This document shows, in pieces, positions 61,094 to 64,000 of a stretch of 64,000 bases of DNA. Within the stretch, counting starts at the first letter, position 1. Each line of letters starts with the position of its first letter. Source of the stretch: an uncultured Candidatus Saccharibacteria bacterium (GTDB lineage Bacteria; Patescibacteriota; Saccharimonadia; Saccharimonadales; 2-12-FULL-41-12); NCBI GenBank assembly GCA_947085855.1, contig CAMTYB010000001.1, positions 469,788 to 533,787 of the forward strand. Reading direction: 5' to 3'. Both the position numbers and the translations under genes were made by a program. The notes below the pieces were generated by a model, which searched no databases, was not told the origin of the DNA, and saw only the letters and a program-made list of their open reading frames with translations.

Positions 61094-63004
61094 TTATTTG
61101 TAGTGGATATTAAAGACAACATCTCGATTACTCGGCTGTCCATTAATGAATGTAAGACCTTCAATGTACACATCAGGCTTGCTAAGTTGTACAGCAAGCG
61201 GGTCTGAAGGACTACCAGGATCGGATGCTATGCTGAAGCAGTAAGTTTTATCGGTGGAGTCTGTTTGCACTGGGAATTCAATCAGATGATATTCATTATC
61301 TTCGATCTTCTTGTTTGCCATTTTAACTGATGCGATTGTATTTTTGCAATCTGCGTCCATTAACTTAAAGTTGAAAGATGTGTCTACTCTTTCGGTGAAT
61401 GTAGACAAATAAACATTTACTCCATCAAGTTTAGCTTGAGGTGACTTGAACGTTTGCGTGAAGTTGTTCTTCTCTCCTAATCCGGCAATATATTGGTTGT
61501 CGGCGGGGGACAAGTCGAACCTCACAATCTTGGGATAGTAATTCAAGGCATCTTCGCTGCAAAGCTGTGATCGTTGGGCGTTTTCGTAAAACATTACATT
61601 AGGTGAAGGGTAGAGGGGTATATTGAAATTTGAGCTGTCGGAAGCACATAGCTTTTTCGCATTTACATAAATTGTTCCAACCTGTTCCGACATAAAATTG
61701 TTAGCGCCGTACGTTCCAGATTTCGGTGCCAAAAAAAATACACACGCGGCGAGTAACACCAAGTAGATACCAGTTCTGTATCGGAACAGTTTAATCTTAC
61801 TTATCATCTCTACTACAACAACACTTAAGATAAAAGTAAAAATCCAATTTTGTGGATAAAAGAACTGGTCAGGCCCACCGCTTCTGTAGCCAATAAAAGA
61901 ATCACTTATTCCGGTTCTTTTTATTACAAACAAAAAAGTACCCAAGAATATAGTTACCAGTCCGAAGATAAAAATTTTTCTGTATTTTCCTGAAAATAAA
62001 ACGCCTAATCCTATCAATACTATTGATAAAATTACCACTACTACGTCGGACATAACATTGTTTATAGGGAAGGTAATAGCATAGAGGTAGGATCTTGATA
62101 CAAAAATCTCGATTGTTTTGCCGAAATCATACGGTGTATCCAAGTAGCCGGGCATAACTGGTATGCCATCTCTGTAGACTATGTAAAGCTGTGGCAGTAA
62201 CGCGACTCCCAGTACCAGTAAGCTCAAGAAGGTTTTGTCGGCCAGTATTTTTCGGTGAAAGTTCTTTGTCTTAATTTTTGGTGTGTAACGCAAAAGAGCG
62301 AAAGGTAACATGAAATAGACTGTAACGTTTGTATACGCGCAAACTAATAGAGCGACATCTACCAGGTACACCTTTCTTGATCCTTCTGGCATCAAGTGTC
62401 GATATACAAGCAATACAAAAGCCACATAGATAAACGCAAATTTTAGGTTGCCCAGTACGCCAATTATGGCGTAGTCGGAGCCTTGCATGGGCACAAAAAG
62501 TCCAAGTAAAACAATAAAAACGAGTGCCATAGGCCTTAGGTATTTCCTGAGTAGCAACACTGGCAGGGTGACCGCCAATCCGAAAAATCCATAGGAAGCA
62601 ATTGCAAAAGATTTAGCCAAATTAACGAATTCAGCCTCAAATAATAAACTGTTTAGCGCAACACCGAAATCTGCCAGGATATAAAGACCCCAGATGTAAT
62701 AGCCATTAAAAGTTGAGAAAAATGCATCAAAAACGCCGTATTTTATAATGTTTTCAGCTAATACATGTCCATCCTCTGCGTAAAAATTAGGCTCTAAGAA
62801 ATTATTTGGGAAGCGTAGGTAGAAAATATAACTGGCTGCTAGCCATAGAAATACGACAAATATAACAAACGAGTACTTGCTGGACACCAGATTACTTGCA
62901 AGTTTATGGTACTTACTAATTTTGGTGGTAAGCTTCGAGTTCTTCTGGAGTGCCAAAGGAAGCAAACTCATCCACGCGGGCGGCTTTGATTTTTTTACCT
63001 TCAT
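61094..63004 (-). CDS. large polytopic membrane protein with C-terminal soluble domain (possible GT-C-type transferase)
   Basis: 636-aa ORF with more than 10 helices followed by about 200 soluble residues. The start is uncertain: the ATG at 63004 overlaps the upstream gene by 89 nt, and a GTG at about 62887 would avoid the overlap. Confidence 0.45.
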   Translation of the reverse strand: MKVKKSKPPAWMSLLPLALQKNSKLTTKISKYHKLASNLVSSKYSFVIFVVFLWLAASYIFYLRFPNNFLEPNFYAEDGHVLAENIIKYGVFDAFFSTFNGYYIWGLYILADFGVALNSLLFEAEFVNLAKSFAIASYGFFGLAVTLPVLLLRKYLRPMALVFIVLLGLFVPMQGSDYAIIGVLGNLKFAFIYVAFVLLVYRHLMPEGSRKVYLVDVALLVCAYTNVTVYFMLPFALLRYTPKIKTKNFHRKILADKTFLSLLVLGVALLPQLYIVYRDGIPVMPGYLDTPYDFGKTIEIFVSRSYLYAITFPINNVMSDVVVVILSIVLIGLGVLFSGKYRKIFIFGLVTIFLGTFLFVIKRTGISDSFIGYRSGGPDQFFYPQNWIFTFILSVVVVEMISKIKLFRYRTGIYLVLLAACVFFLAPKSGTYGANNFMSEQVGTIYVNAKKLCASDSSNFNIPLYPSPNVMFYENAQRSQLCSEDALNYYPKIVRFDLSPADNQYIAGLGEKNNFTQTFKSPQAKLDGVNVYLSTFTERVDTSFNFKLMDADCKNTIASVKMANKKIEDNEYHLIEFPVQTDSTDKTYCFSIASDPGSPSDPLAVQLSKPDVYIEGLTFINGQPSNRDVVFNIHYK

Positions 63005-63653
63005 CTATCAGTATATTGTACAGCAGTGACATGTAATATTCCGGCATTTTCTCATCGAGGGGCCTTTTTAACAACTCTTTAGCCGCATGCAAGAAGTCCT
63101 CAGTAGTGGCAAAGAAGTAAGCGCCGGTGATAGCATCGCCTGAAATGACACTTTTTTCAGCCGTTTCACTTACGATACCGTCCGTGCCAAACTTAGCATA
63201 ACTGTAGCGAGGATTGTCGGCAGGAAAGGTGAGTAGACCACCAGCAATATCTGACGTGCCATTAAGTGAATCCTGGACCATTTGACTGTAGCTTTCGCTC
63301 TGGAACCACATATCGCAGTCCATAACCATCATGCCTTCGCCAGATATTACATATTTTTCAGCTCGATAAGCGTCTACTACCGGACCAATTGGTTCCTCTG
63401 AGGTAATGATGATATTAACTTTATATAGATAATCGGCAAGTTTTTTTGCAAGGTCATACTGCTCGACGTGCTCTGATCGAATAATAATTGTATATTTTTT
63501 CTCACAATCGATAGCATCGAGACTTTCTAATGCTTTCATGAACATCGGCTTACCATCGACAGTAATGAGTGGTTTTGGAGTAGAAATACCAGATTTAACA
63601 AATCGAGAGCCTCGCCCCGACATCGGCATAACAATGTGTAAAATTCGAGACAT
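62916..63653 (-). CDS. sugar/alcohol-phosphate nucleotidyltransferase (LicC/cytidylyltransferase-like)
   Basis: N-terminal 'IVMPMSGRGSRFVKSGISTPKPLITVDGKPM' matches the GxGxR nucleotidyltransferase signature. 245 aa. Confidence 0.7.
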   Translation of the reverse strand: MSRILHIVMPMSGRGSRFVKSGISTPKPLITVDGKPMFMKALESLDAIDCEKKYTIIIRSEHVEQYDLAKKLADYLYKVNIIITSEEPIGPVVDAYRAEKYVISGEGMMVMDCDMWFQSESYSQMVQDSLNGTSDIAGGLLTFPADNPRYSYAKFGTDGIVSETAEKSVISGDAITGAYFFATTEDFLHAAKELLKRPLDEKMPEYYMSLLYNILIDEGKKIKAARVDEFASFGTPEELEAYHQN

Positions 63654-63655
63654 AG

Positions 63656-64000
63656 CTACTTACCTTTTTTATATGGTGAAGAAGTATACTTGCTAGCTGG
63701 TTGCATATTGAGCGGCAATTTACCTACGCGCCAGAAAGCAAGCTGTGTTAATGCTATTTTGCCAATAGTGAAGTTACGCGCGTTGCTAACTTGATCGGCC
63801 TCACTCCAACTTATCGGAACAAACGTAATCTTCGTTTGCTTGGTAAAGTAATCGAGGAGCAAGTCGATATTAAAAGTCATTCTATCATCAAATCCTAGGT
63901 AACGATGGTCGGCCAAGTCTTTAAGACGAAACAAGTTTAAGCCTGAACCTAAATCCCGGCTGCCGCGCAGAGCAACCAGACTATAAACCCAGTTAATAGC
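63656..64000 (-). CDS. glycosyltransferase family 2-like, C-terminal part (truncated by the window edge)
   Basis: The reading frame stays open to the window end. '...GSRDLGSGLNLFRLKDL...' resembles the GT2 acceptor-loop region. Confidence 0.4.
   Translation of the reverse strand, partial: AINWVYSLVALRGSRDLGSGLNLFRLKDLADHRYLGFDDRMTFNIDLLLDYFTKQTKITFVPISWSEADQVSNARNFTIGKIALTQLAFWRVGKLPLNMQPASKYTSSPYKKGK

Overview
This 64-kb chromosomal window spans a replication-origin neighbourhood. recF-dnaN-dnaA lie on the minus strand and rpmH-rnpA-yidC-jag on the plus strand, with DnaA-box clusters on both sides of dnaA. Several traits point to a reduced-genome monoderm bacterium, plausibly Patescibacteria/Saccharibacteria-like: very short intergenic spacers, many 4-nt ATGA start/stop overlaps, abundant membrane-anchored surface proteins, no outer-membrane genes, and isolated 'orphan' metabolic genes. 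That taxonomic reading is inference only; there is no rRNA in the window. The window falls into three blocks. (1) 0-16.6 kb is a mixed housekeeping/accessory block. It holds a DUF805 protein, an HTH-HAD fusion, purF, a membrane-anchored Clp/Hsp100-like double AAA+ ATPase, and a 1.9-kb tRNA islet (Ser-UGA, Ser-GCU, Arg-GCG) bracketed by a ~105-bp inverted repeat. It also holds an ABC-2 exporter, an aspartokinase-like gene, VKOR, comFC and hsp20. (2) 16.7-35.5 kb is the stand-out: a compact Gram-positive-style type IV secretion-like locus. It has seven tandem, translationally coupled VirB2/TrbC-like pilin paralogs, a VirB6-like polytopic protein, a PrgI/VirB3-like protein, an ATPase-less VirB4-N-domain ORF and a full VirB4 ATPase. 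Two very large cell-wall hydrolases follow, carrying five recognisable catalytic modules between them. No coupling protein, relaxase or integrase is present in the window. (3) 41.7-64 kb is a cell-envelope glycan locus. It holds GT2/GT4 glycosyltransferases, a Wzy/O-antigen-ligase-like protein, a Wzm/Wzt ABC exporter followed by a coiled-coil methyltransferase, and GtrA. It also holds a flippase-like/kinase fusion, a nucleotidyltransferase and a HAD phosphatase, and is visibly more AT-rich from about 48.3 kb onward. No CRISPR array, rRNA, transposase or integrase was seen. All functional calls rest on motifs read by eye from the supplied translations; no database search was run.
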